From the human T2T-CHM13v2.0 reference genome, Homo sapiens: 64,000 bases of DNA. The notes below the pieces were generated by a model. The model saw only the letters and a program-made list of their open reading frames with translations. It had not been told where the DNA came from and did no database searches. The stretch lies in the NCBI RefSeq assembly GCF_009914755.1, contig NC_060933.1, one strand, 5' to 3'. The position numbers and the translations under genes are program-made. Shown one piece after another: positions 1 through 13,630 of this stretch; the first letter of the stretch is position 1, and each line of letters starts with the position of its first letter.

Positions 1-519
1 TAGGTTTTGAAGGCATATGTGCAGCTTAAGAAACAAAATCAGAGCTCTTCACATAAAGCCAGAACCTCTAAAAGGAGAGTACTCTCACAGAGTGAACTTG
101 CCCATGGCCCCAGGTGAGACAGACCTTAGCGATACCCTACATTCAGTTGATTTGGTAATGGAAATCGTATTTTCCTTATGGCCCAAGAAGGTTCATGATG
201 AAAATTCAGTTTGAAGTGAATTGTTAGTACTCCTAGGCATCTGTAAAATGCCTGTCTTTTCTGGAGGAAAGCACTTAAAACACAGGTGTCTAAAAATTCA
301 CACAGATGAATTTTTGAGGGCCACAGGCTCACAATTAAACAATGAAGAAGCAGAAAAAAAGAAAATGCCTGAGTTAAAAAAGCCACCATGACTATGAGAT
401 AGCAGCAACATCAAACTGCAGGATCAGGCTGAGAAAGTCTGAAGATATTTGTATCATCAGGTACAGCAAATAAGGTAAGCATATTTTTTAAAAATTCAAG
501 ATTGAAAGTATGTTGAACC

Positions 520-1290
520 AAACAGGACACCATTAAAAGTAATAAGACAGATGTAAAAAGCAAAGAAAATTCTTAGAAATGGCTTAAGATGAGAATTAGC
601 GGACAATGGATATGAAGAAATTACCTAGCATACAGTACAACAAAGAGATAGAAATATGAAAAAGATGTTAAGAGGATAGAGTAAGAAAGCCCAACAAACA
701 TTTAATTTATGGTTCCAGAAATAAAGAATTAAAAAATTGGAGAAGAAGCAATATTCAAGTAGATATTTAGCTGAGAATATGTCAGAATTGATGAAATATA
801 CTGGTATTCAAATAGGTAGCTCGGTGAATTCTAACTGGGATGAATGGGAAGATAACATCACCAAGGAGTATTATAATGAAACTGCAGAACCCAAAAGATT
901 AAAGAAAAAACATTCTCTAAATCAGAGAAAAGAGCAACAATGAATAAACAGACAGCTAACTTCTCAGCAGGAGCAATATGAGCTAGAATCAATGAAATAA
1001 TTTCAAAGTGCTAAGAGAAATTAGCTAGAATTATCAACCTAGAATTGTCTTTCCATGGAAAATACCTGGAGCATGGGCAAAATAAAGGTATCTTCAGACT
1101 CATAATTGAAAGCTTTCACTACCAATAGAATTCCACTAAAATAATTTCTAAAGGATATATTTTAAGAAAAAAACAAAAACCCTCAGAAGGAATGTCTGAG
1201 TAGCAACAATAATGAGAAAGGAAAATAGGAAATTTGTGGATGAGTATTGACCATGTAAAAATTTTTGGTAAAATTTGTGGATAAGGGTAA
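520..1290 (+). mobile_element. Ancient L1 (L1M-type) ORF1-region remnant
   Basis: A-rich degenerate sequence with L1 ORF1-like pieces (ttcaaagtgctaagagaaa, tcaacctagaatt, aaataaaggtatcttcagac). Confidence 0.55.
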
Positions 1291-1428
1291 ACCATGTGTA
1301 TTAGTCCCTTTTCACGCTGCTGATAAAGACATACCTGAGACTGAGTAATTTATAAAGAAAAAGAGGTTCAGTGGACTCACAGTTCCACGTGTCTGGAGAG
1401 GCTTCACAATCATGGCGAAAGGCACATC

Positions 1429-1900
<472 letters not shown>

Positions 1901-2199
1901 AAAACCCCATCACATCTCATGAGACTTATTTACTATCATGAGAGCAGCTCAGGAAACACCCACTCCCGTGATTCAGTTACATCCCACTGGGTCTGTCCCA
2001 CAAATTGTGGGAGCTACAATTCAAGATGAGGTTTGGGTGGGGACACAGCCAAACCCTATCACCATGTAAAATAATATCTAATTTGTAGAGATTAAAGAAC
2101 AAGATAACTTAAATCTTGGATGTAAGTTAAGAGAGTGGTGGTCAGAGTTAAATCATTTTAAGGTTCATTTATTGTCTGGACAAGAATAAAATTTTGATT

Positions 2200-3030
2200 A
2201 TCAGGAAATACAAGTAAAACCACAGGGAGACATTGTTTATATACCAAATTGTCAAAAATTACAAAGTCTTATAATACCAAGTTTTGCTGAGGGTGTGGAG
2301 CAACAGAAACTTTTGTTCACTGGTGGGTATATAAATTGAATAATTTCAGCTTGGAACATTACCTAGCAAAATTGAAGGCATGTATACGTACATACCCTAC
2401 CAATCTAGCAATTCCACTTCTAGATATAAAGTCTTGAAAAACTCACATGTATACCAGAGACGTGTAAAAAGTTGTTTAAATCATTATTGTAAACAATGGC
2501 TAAAAACTAGAAAAAATAGGCCGGATGCAGTGGCTCACGCCTGTAATCCCAGCACTTTGGGAGGCCGAGGTGGGCAGATCATGAGGTCAGGAGTTTGAGA
2601 CCAGCCTGGCCAACATAGTGAAACCCCATCTCTACTAAAAATACAAAAATTAGCCAGGTGTGGTGGCGGGTGCTTGTAGTCCCAGCTATAGGCTGAGGCA
2701 GAAGAATCACTTGAACCCGGGAGGTGGAGCTGAAATTGCGCCACTGCACTCCAGTCTGGGTGACAGTGCAAGACTCCGTCTCAAAAAAAAAAAAAAAAAT
2801 CTAAAAAAACCCAGGTGTTCATGAATAATAAAATGGACAACAATAATGAATAGGTCAACAATGGAATATGACACAGCAATGAGTAGGAATGAACTCTTCC
2901 ACATTCAAGAACATAATAGCACATGTAGAATGTTGAATGAAAGAGCAAGGTATAACAGAAAACATTATATAATTCCATTTATATAAAATTCAAACAAAGT
3001 AAGAATGAAGCTATAGTGTTAGGGCTGCAT
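2200..3030 (+). mobile_element. Old L1 3'-end fragment (L1MC/L1ME-like), Alu-interrupted
   Basis: ataataccaagttttgctgagggtgtggagcaacagaaact, ctagcaattccacttctag, ataattccatttatataaaattcaa. Confidence 0.65.
2519..2799 (+). mobile_element. AluS
   Basis: ggccggatgcagtggctcacgcctgtaatccc...gtctc followed by A17. Confidence 0.95.
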
Positions 3031-3049
3031 AGATGGTAATGTTATTAAA

Positions 3050-3236
3050 AGGACTGAAATATCTTACTGATAAATCTTTGTATTGATTATAGGTTACAAT
3101 GATAATATTTCCAATATATTGGGTTAATTAAATATATTACAATTAGTTTTACTTTAAAAAAGCTTTAAAATGTGACTGCTAGAGAATTTAAAATTACATA
3201 TGGGGTTCTCATTACATTTCTATGGGACAGAGCTCT
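3050..3236 (-). mobile_element. MER33-like (hAT-Charlie) fragment
   Basis: atatattgggttaattaaatatatta...aatttaaaattacatatggg...atttctatgggacagagctctaga. Confidence 0.6.
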
Positions 3237-3879
3237 AGAGGCAAAAATAGAATTGATATTGAGATAGGGCACAAAGGTGCTTCTAGGAAGGTGACAAAGT
3301 TGTATTTCTAGACCTAGGTAGTGGTTACATGGATGATGCTCTGTGGTCTTTTTCTATGTATGTGTGTAAAAATGCATCTTTCTGTGTATATATCTTATAA
3401 TTTAAAAACTTGCTTTGAAATACTGATATTGAAGAAGTTTATGGGGTAACCATTAAAAAAATTAGATTGAATAGATTGTATAGCTTCCAGACTAGTAAAG
3501 TAAGAAAAATGAAATGGTAGGGGCAGAAAAAATTAGAGTAACTGATTCAATCCAAAAGAAGGCAAGAAAGGAGAAGAATAGAAGAAACAAAAGCAGGGCA
3601 AATAGAAAGTATAAAATGATTTGGGAGAAATAAATCTACATATATCTTACCACAGCACATGTTAAAGGATTTTAAAAGATTGCAAGAGAAAAAGTAAAGA
3701 TTGTCAGAGGGTACTAAACAAACAAATAGGTACCAAACAAATAACAACATAAACCTGACAACACACTTATTTACAAGAGACATCCCTTATATGAAAGGGT
3801 ACAGAAAAGTTGATGGTAAGATGATGGGGAAAGGTATACCAACCACTAGCAGAAGGAAAGGAATAGCTATGTGATATCA

Positions 3880-4215
<336 letters not shown>

Positions 4216-4320
4216 CTATATCTTGATAAATGGTCCAATTAGACAGGAGAAGTGTAACAATACTAGATACGTAGGCTTAAAAACAGCTTCAAACTATAAA
4301 GCAAAAATTGACAGAATTTC

Positions 4321-4588
4321 GGCTGGGCGCGGTGGCTCACGTCTGTAATCCCAGCACTTTGGGAGACCGAGGCGGGTGGATCATGAGGTCAGGAGTTCAA
4401 GACCAGCCTGTCCAACACTGTGAAACCCCGTCTCTACTAAAAAAAATACAAAAATTAGCCAGGCGTGGTGGCAGGCACCTGTAATCCCAGCTACTCAGCA
4501 GGCTGAGGCAGGAGAAGGCGGAGGTTGCAGTGAGCCAAGATTGCGCCACTGCACTCCAGCCTGGGCGACAGAGCGAGACTCTGTCTCA

Positions 4589-4615
<27 letters not shown>
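4321..4615 (+). mobile_element. AluS with (AAAAC)n tail
   Basis: Perfect 18-bp TSD aaaaattgacagaatttc at 4303-4320 and 4616-4633. Confidence 0.96.
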
Positions 4616-4622
<7 letters not shown>

Positions 4623-7600
4623 GACAGAATTTCAAGGAGAAATAGATTCCTAATTGTGGGGAGATTTATCATATCCCTGTTGGCAACTGATAGAATAATC
4701 AGACAAAAATCTGTAAATATACGGAAAAATTTAATAATACAATTAACAAACTTGACTCAGTGGACATGTGGAGAATATATCACCAGCAACTATAGAATAT
4801 GCATTTTTTCCTCAAGAATATGTAGGAACACTGAAAAAAACTTAACTATGAGTCAAACTTTAACAAATTGGAAAGAATCAGCATGACACATACCATATTC
4901 TCTTATGACAAAACAAGTGGTTATAAATGAACAAATGTAACTAAAAAATAAGTAATTCCTACAACATTTGGAAGTTTAAAATGTTTTCTAAATCATTCTC
5001 AAGTCAAAGAAATTGTGGAGAAATTGTCAAATTCTTTAACTGATTAAAAATGATAAAAGTATAGTTTACACCAACACTTAGGAAATATGACTAAAGCTTT
5101 ATATTATTTTTAGCTTCAAATGTTTACATTATAAAGATTTTTAAAGTCTTCAAGTTAATTAGCTAAAATCCAATAGAACCTAAAAGAACAGCTAGATAAA
5201 CCCAAAGGAAAATAGAAAAAAGGGAATAATAAAAACTTGAAGATGAGTTAAAGAAAAAGAAAACAAAGATACAATGGAAAGCATCAACAAAGCAAAAGTT
5301 TGTGCTTTGAAAATTTATGAAATTGACAAACCTCTGGTAAAGATTTATCAAATGCAAACAAAAAAGAAGGAAAGAAGGAAAAGATGCAGAGAAGAAGCAC
5401 AAATAAATACCACTGGATCTGAAAGAAGATAAAGCATGTACAGCAGAAATTAAAAAGAAGGAATATCCTGAACACTTTGTCAATACATTTGACATCTTAG
5501 GTGAAATGAAATATTGGTAGAAATACAGAAATGAGTAAATCCTGTCTCAAGAAGATACAGAAAATGTTCGTAATCTTATAATCTTTGAATAAAACCAGTA
5601 GTTTAAAATATTGCCATAAAGAGAACATCAGGACCAGAGGATTTTTCTATGGAATTCTAAACATTCAATGAATTGATAATTTCAATTTTACACAAATTAT
5701 ATACCGTTGTAAACAAAAGTGTACTCTAAAACTAATTATATAACATTAATATAACCGTGATATTGAAATAGGTAACAATACAAGAAAGGAAAATGACAGG
5801 CTAGTCTTATTCACGATATAGATGGAAAAACTCAAAACAAAATGTTGCCAAAGTGAGTCCAGCAATGCATAGACATATAATATGGTTCAGCTTATGTCAT
5901 TAATGTAATCTTGGGCTATCATTGGAAACATTAGTAAAGATAGAAGACTTGAACAATACTATCAATCAGCTTGACCTAATTGACAATTTAACTCTACCCA
6001 ATAAGAGCAGAATATGCATTCTTTTGAAGTGCACGTGGATTATTCACTAAGATAGAATACATTAAATGAATCTGTATTAACTTAAAATTCTAAGTGTTGG
6101 CAAGAATGAGGAGCAACAGAAACTCTCATGTATTGCCAGTGGGAATATAAATTGGTACAACTATTGGAAAATAATTTGGCAAAAGCTATCAAAGTCAAAG
6201 ATTGGCATACCCTATAAACTTGGAGCTCTTCTCTTAGGTAGATACCCTAGAGAAAAGTTTGCACATGTCTTTCTATAAATGTATTTGAATGTCCATAGCA
6301 GCTTTGTTTAACATAGCAAAAAAGGGCAAAACCCTGCCCAAAAGTCCATTAATTGTTCAATGAATACATAAAATGTTTTACTTTCATTCAGTTGAATACT
6401 GCACAGTCATGAAGTAATAATATGGATGGATGCTGATTTCAAAAAGCAAACACCAGGAAACTTCTGCTTCTGGCTATGACTAAAACTCCGTATCTATCTC
6501 CCTGGCCCATGCACTAGAGTTTCTTTGGGGATACATGGAACTCCTAGTGTACACACATTTTCATTTATAATAGATACTGCTAAATTGCCCTTTAGAAAAA
6601 GTAACTTACCAATTCGCATTATTCTGATTCTTCTCATTTCTTTATACATGTTTTGTTTTGTAATTGAAATAACTTTACAATTTTTTGAGCTTTTCTCATT
6701 AGTACTATAATGTAAGCACTTTCCATGTTAGCAATTTTTATGAATAATTTTATTGACTATACTGTTTGAGTGACTGTATTTTGACCTCCTTAATCATTTC
6801 CATCTTCTGGGACATTTCAGTTGTCTTTTGGTTTTCATTATTATAAATAATATAATGAACAACTTTGCAAAAAAGTATGTCTTTTGAAGGCTCATTAAGG
6901 CTAACTAGGTAGGGAAGGGAAGGACGTTCTACTTTAAGAGAACGAGTGCAGAGATTTGAAAAAATTGGCATTTGGGTGGCACTCAGTAAATGATTATTCT
7001 GATAACCTACCAACTAGAATTCTTGGTTCTAGTTCTTGGTTCAATCTTCCTGACCTTCTGCCGCCACCTCGCTTTTCTAATATAACTTCCTACGATACTG
7101 CTTATATCATGCTACTCAAACATTTAATTATTCCCCCCCACCTGTAGGATGAAGTTCAAACTCTCTAGTCTGGAATTTTTTGCTATTTATAAATTGGCTT
7201 TTTATTCTTTTGTTCATTCAACCACCATTTATTGTGTACTAACTATATGCCAGATGCTGGTGATAGTTACAAATTAGAAACAAGAAGATGCATGCTTATA
7301 GGATTTTGAAGAAAAGCATCTAAGAAGACCTCAACCCAGTTTCAAGATTCAGAGAAGGCATAGCTTCTCACACTCCCTTATGTCCTTTTGTCCTTGTCAG
7401 ACTGGTCTACTTTCTTTCCTTAAGGACAATTCATTTCTGCCTTACAGTTCAATAATAATACAAAAAAATTCCTCATATCATTTTCTGTAGTATGCTTTAA
7501 ATGTATATCATGTTTTATGGCTCCCCTTTAACTAATATGCTGTGTGCTTCCTTTAGGATGCCTTCCTCCTCTAAATCATAAAACTTATTTTTTGTATCAC

Positions 7601-7712
7601 TCATTTGGCTTTTACTTATTTCCCACTTATACTGTTTAATGACAGTTATTTAAGAATGGAATTAAAGAATATAACAATATTATTTTCTAGTTTGTATTAC
7701 AAATAGTTTTAA

Positions 7713-8148
7713 TAATTGGCCCCTGAACAACACAGGTTTGAATTGTGTGGGTCCACTTATACTCTGATTTCCTTCCACCTCTGCCACTCTTGAGACAGCA
7801 GGACCAACCCCTTTCCTCTTCCTCCTCCTCCCCTTCAGCCTACTCAATGCGGAGATGAGGATGAAGACCTTTGTGATGATCTACTTCCACTAAATGAACA
7901 GTAAATATATTTTCTCTTCCTTGATATTTTCTTAATAACATTTTATTTTCTGTAACTTTATTGGGAGAACTCAGTATATAATATATATAACATCCAAAAT
8001 AGGTGTTAATCGACTGTTTCTGTTATCAGTAAGGCTTCCAGTCAACAGTAGGCTATTAGAAGTAAAGTTTTTGGGGAGTCAAAGTTATATTCAGATTTTC
8101 AACTGTGTAGGGGCTGGTGCCTCTAACCCCTGCGTTAAGGGTCAGCTG
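7713..8148 (+). mobile_element. Tigger2a/MER28-type TcMar DNA transposon
   Basis: cctgaacaacacaggtttgaattgtgtgggtccacttatac...cagcctactcaa...aagggtcagctg followed by TA. Confidence 0.85.
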
Positions 8149-8155
8149 TATTTAA

Positions 8156-8474
<319 letters not shown>

Positions 8475-8479
8475 CATGT

Positions 8480-8618
8480 ATGTCTTTCTAGTGAGATTAT
8501 AAACAGCTTGAGGACAGGAACAGTGTCATGCACAATTTCTCTCTCCCCTAGAGGCACACACAGATCCTTTGGGATTGGCATATAGAAGGTTTTAAATAAA
8601 CATTTGTTGAATGAATGC
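8480..8618 (+). mobile_element. L2 3'-end fragment
   Basis: Ends aataaacatttgttgaatgaatg. Confidence 0.55.
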
Positions 8619-10452
8619 ACATTGACTTCATAAACCAAAAAATCAGAATACCGTAATAATAAAACCTTCCCTACTTAACCATGAAAGAGTCTTTTCTCAT
8701 CATAAAATAAGCCTTCTCCGATTTCCATCCTGTACCCCACTTGTTTTAGACAAATCTATTTGGGTTTGCAATTTCAGCTAGATATGGCTTTCTAGTACTT
8801 CTAGGACTTGTGGCATTATAAATCATTGTAGTATCTTCTGTCACACCAGATGGCATTAGCTCTTTGTTGTGTATATCAAAGAGCTACGTAAGTGTGTAAA
8901 AACAGAGAAATTAAGAGATATGCTTAACCCATAAAATCTCTCCTTTTCTCAGTTTTCTCTTTACTAATATATTCTATTTTTTATACCGCTATATAATCTT
9001 TTTTTATCCCCCTTTTCCCAAGTTATCAATATAGTCTTTTATTCTCATCTTACTTCCACTTTACGTATCATGCTCCATAACATTTTCAGAATCTGAACCT
9101 GTCTTCAGTTCCACATTACAGTCCTACTTCTGGCCCTTGTTACTTTAGATTTGGGCATCTGTATCATCGTTAATATCATCATCAACAACATCAACAATTA
9201 CTGAGTACCTATCACGTGCTGGGCACTGGGGCAGTTTGTTGTCTTACCAGATTCATCCTCAATTTGATGAGATATGAGAATTACTCTTAATCTTTTGCCT
9301 TCTTCCCAACCCCACCAGTCCTTTGGTTATTAAATTGTTTTGCTTAGAGTTCACCATCATATACCGACTGCACCTGACTAGTTAGCAGCTTTATATTCCA
9401 TTCAGTGTTGTTGGTGTTTCTTGGTAGTGGAATGAGAAAAAAACACAAGGGAAAGTGCACAACCATAGTACTCTTTACTGATTTTGCCACCATTATGGTA
9501 AATTGTGATTTGTGGAAATGGAATCTCTTTTATCAAAGGTTGACTATCAGTTCCTTTTTCTGGAGAGAAGTCATTAGTTAACGCAGCTCAAGGATTTGTC
9601 TGAGAAGAGCTGCACATCAGTTAGAATGCTAATTCACTCAACTGGCAGCAAGCACAGTGAAATGACAGCTTGGAGGGGGGTAAGAGGAGTGTCTGAAAAT
9701 GGCAGCAGATTGGTATTTCGAAAGGGGAGGGAAATTTCATAATGATGAATAAGAAAGATGACATTTGGTGCTCACATTTAACTTGCATTGGATGTCCATA
9801 TAAGGGTCAGTATGCATAACCTCTCTTGATTAGGCCTCCGGCTGCCCAGCAGCTGACTGGGTGTATACCCTTCAGACTGTAACCAAAAGAAAGGCCTAGA
9901 TAATTAGGCCAAGTTGAACTGCAGGAGGTAGCCAGCCTCTCTGCTGCCTTTTGTATATTCATGACCCAGCTTGATTGATGGAAGGACAGTGTTTGGTGAC
10001 ACTGTCATTTGCAAGTTGAAAGGTAGACTACAGGCTGGAGCCAAGATCAGATGTGCTTTAAAGAGTACTACAATAAACTCATTTGGATGCTGATGATGTT
10101 CACATATGCATTTCTTTGTTTCTTACTGTTTCTCAGGGACATCTGTTAATTTGTAGGAATTAGCTTGGTTTTCAGTTAAAACCTCACACTAAGTTACAGG
10201 ATAGTTTTGTTTAAAAAGTTGTACAAAGTCGTTAGTGATATAAGAGGTGATGTGGGTCTCAGATGTTGTTATGTGATATTTTCACCTTCTTATGTAGGAA
10301 CTTGAAGTATTTTTTTGTGTATATCTTTTAAGTGACAACATCACTAAAAGTGAGTGATTTTTTTTTTCCCATGGAAGGAGTTAAATGAAATTATTTGTGT
10401 ATTTTACATATTTCAGAAATCTTAAGCACTGCTGTCAAAACTTTTCCAGTGA

Positions 10453-10784
<332 letters not shown>

Positions 10785-11185
10785 AAAGACATGCTATTCT
10801 TTATTAGAAGGTATATGAACACATAAGTTTGCTTTTAATATGATAGCCCATAGGAAAGGTCTTTTTTCATTCCAAAATCTTTTCTGTTTACTGAAAAAGT
10901 TGATTAATTTCAAACTTGTGGCAAGTGGGTTGAAAGTACTAAAAGAAGTTAGAATCATAAAACAGAAATATAGGGCTGACTTCAGGACAATCTTTAAATT
11001 GTAGAACCTAAGTTATCACAAATTATTAGAAGAATAAATGCCATATTTTGTTGATTAAAAGGACATTAAGAAAGGGAAGGGAAGATTGAGGATTATTGAT
11101 GTACCAGTTTCACCAATATTAAGCTATTACTTCAATAGATCCTTTGAGGAACACCACATAGATGTGAACACTAGTTATTTTTATT

Positions 11186-11219
11186 TTTAATACCTTTTAT
11201 TATTTAATACCTTTTATTA
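11186..11219. repeat. 17-bp tandem duplication (tttaataccttttatta x2)
   Basis: Seen directly in the sequence. Confidence 0.85.
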
Positions 11220-11412
11220 TTTCCAAATATGCTTTTGGAAGATAGAGTTTTTCTGGTATAGCTAAATGATTATCAGTCTGAAAATGGTTTGAATACTTTC
11301 TCTGGGAAAGTCCTTAGATGTTTTATATGTTACCTAACTTCTGTTAGTTACCAGACTTCAGGTAATATACATAAAAGCTCTTTGTAAGCTATAAAGAACT
11401 ATAAAAATGTAA

Positions 11413-11746
<334 letters not shown>

Positions 11747-12989
11747 GTCATTATTATTAACTAATTTCAGGTCGCTATAACAGACATAGCAGTGCAACAG
11801 ACAAAGTACTCCTCTCATTACACTTAAGCAAAATGGCAAAGGGAGGCTTGATCAGCACTTCCAGTTATTTTCAATATTAATTATCTGACTTTTCTCTTCA
11901 TCACCTGGTGCTGCAAATAGCAGTGTCTCCAGCTGACAGTAATGTTCTTGTAAAGAAAGTTCTGGAGGGTGTTGGAAACACTCTGATTACTACAGAAATC
12001 ATGCTTTTTCTAAATTAATTTCAGTCTTAACTGACATTAAAGATAGGCATCTGAAATCTAGTATTCTAAGTCTGTATATTCAAAAAATCTTTTGCTGTAA
12101 TTTGTGGTAATCATTTAAAAATCAAACGGTTATCTTTTAGAAAAAATTTTAATATATCCAAAATGTTAATGAAAATGTCATTTTTCTCACTTAAATCGTG
12201 TCATGATTTTCAAATGCTGGATTTTCTTTTAGAGTTTCCTTACTAAAAATTAAAAGCAAGGTGTACATTTTTTGTGCAATAAAGTAGAAATAAAAAACTG
12301 TCTTATTGAATAGAACTAGTTTTTTAAAAACAGAGTTATGCTTTCTTGAACTGCATTTAGGTGTATTGTGCATTTTACTGCTATAGAGCAATGTTCTCAA
12401 TGTGTTAGTTAATGTTTTTCTCATTAAGTCTTTTCAAAACTTAAGGGTTTCACTTTGACAGGAAATTCTGGATCTTTCCCAGTGATAAAATAAACTTGAC
12501 ACTTGTTCCATGAAGGCATCTCTTCCTTGCTTATCAGCTTTTCAATTTATGGCTGTGCTTTGAAATTTGTGCCTGTGACTCTCATCTTTGTATTTACTCC
12601 AATTAACACATAAACCCTAATTAGCCAGATCAAGGGACTTGGGAGTCCATAAATGGAAAGTGACATGGCAGAGCTTGGCAGCTGGCATCAAGGCAAGGTG
12701 ACAAAAATAGGGAAGTATCAATTAGATGACATTGATTGTAAAGCTGTGTGTTGGGATGGTAGATTTTAACAGCTCTCTGTGTCACTGGCTGCTGACTCTA
12801 GGATAGGAGTATAGGAATTAGTTGGTAAATTGACAGCTAAGTTAAAGTACTGAACTTCTGGCAGAATTTAAAAACAATAATAACTCATCACCAATTTAAT
12901 TCAATTTTACATCATTATCACTGGCAATATAATTATACATTTCTACCAGAATCAATTTTTGTGAATCTCCCTGTTGATTTAGTTTCCAA

Positions 12990-13155
12990 ATTTTTATTTT
13001 TTTACTATTTTATTATTATTATTTTTAATTATTAAAAATAGAGACAGGGTCTTGCTCTGTGTCCAAGGCTAGGGTGTAGCAGTAGGACAATAGTAGCTCC
13101 TGCATCTTGGAACTCCAGGCCTCAAGTGATGCTCCTGTCTTGGCCTCCCAAAGCC
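12990..13155 (-). mobile_element. Rearranged Alu monomer (FLAM-like) fragment
   Basis: gagacagggtcttgctctgtg...ctcaagtgat...ttggcctcccaaag; ccaaatttt flanks. Confidence 0.75.
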
Positions 13156-13313
13156 AAATTTTAAAATTATTACTTAGATGTATAGAAATCCTTGAGTCTA
13201 GACTTACAAATCCTTAAGAGCCTTAATAATTTCCTGCTCTAATGTTTTTTTGGGGAGGAGTAGTCCAATTGGGTGGATTTGGGAGGATCCATTATCATTA
13301 AGTATTTACTAAG

Positions 13314-13630
13314 GGCTGGGTGCAGTGGTTTATGCCTATAGTCTCTGCAATCCCAGCACTTAGGGAGGCTGAGACAGGAGGATCATTTGAGGCCAGGAGT
13401 TCGAGACCAGGCTGGGCAACATAATGAGACTTCATCTCTGCAAAATAAATAAATAAATAATAAAATAAAAATAAAAATAAAAAAATAGCCAGGTGTGGTG
13501 GCACATGCTTGTAATCCTAGCTACTATGGAGGATGAGGTGGGAGGGTTGCTTGAACCCAGGAGCTTGAGGCTGCAGTGAGCTGTGATCACTGCATTGCAG
13601 CATGGGGGACAGGGAGACCCTGTCTCACAA
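13314..13630 (+). mobile_element. AluJ-like
   Basis: ggctgggtgcagtgg...gagaccctgtctc with an expanded A-rich middle. Confidence 0.92.
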
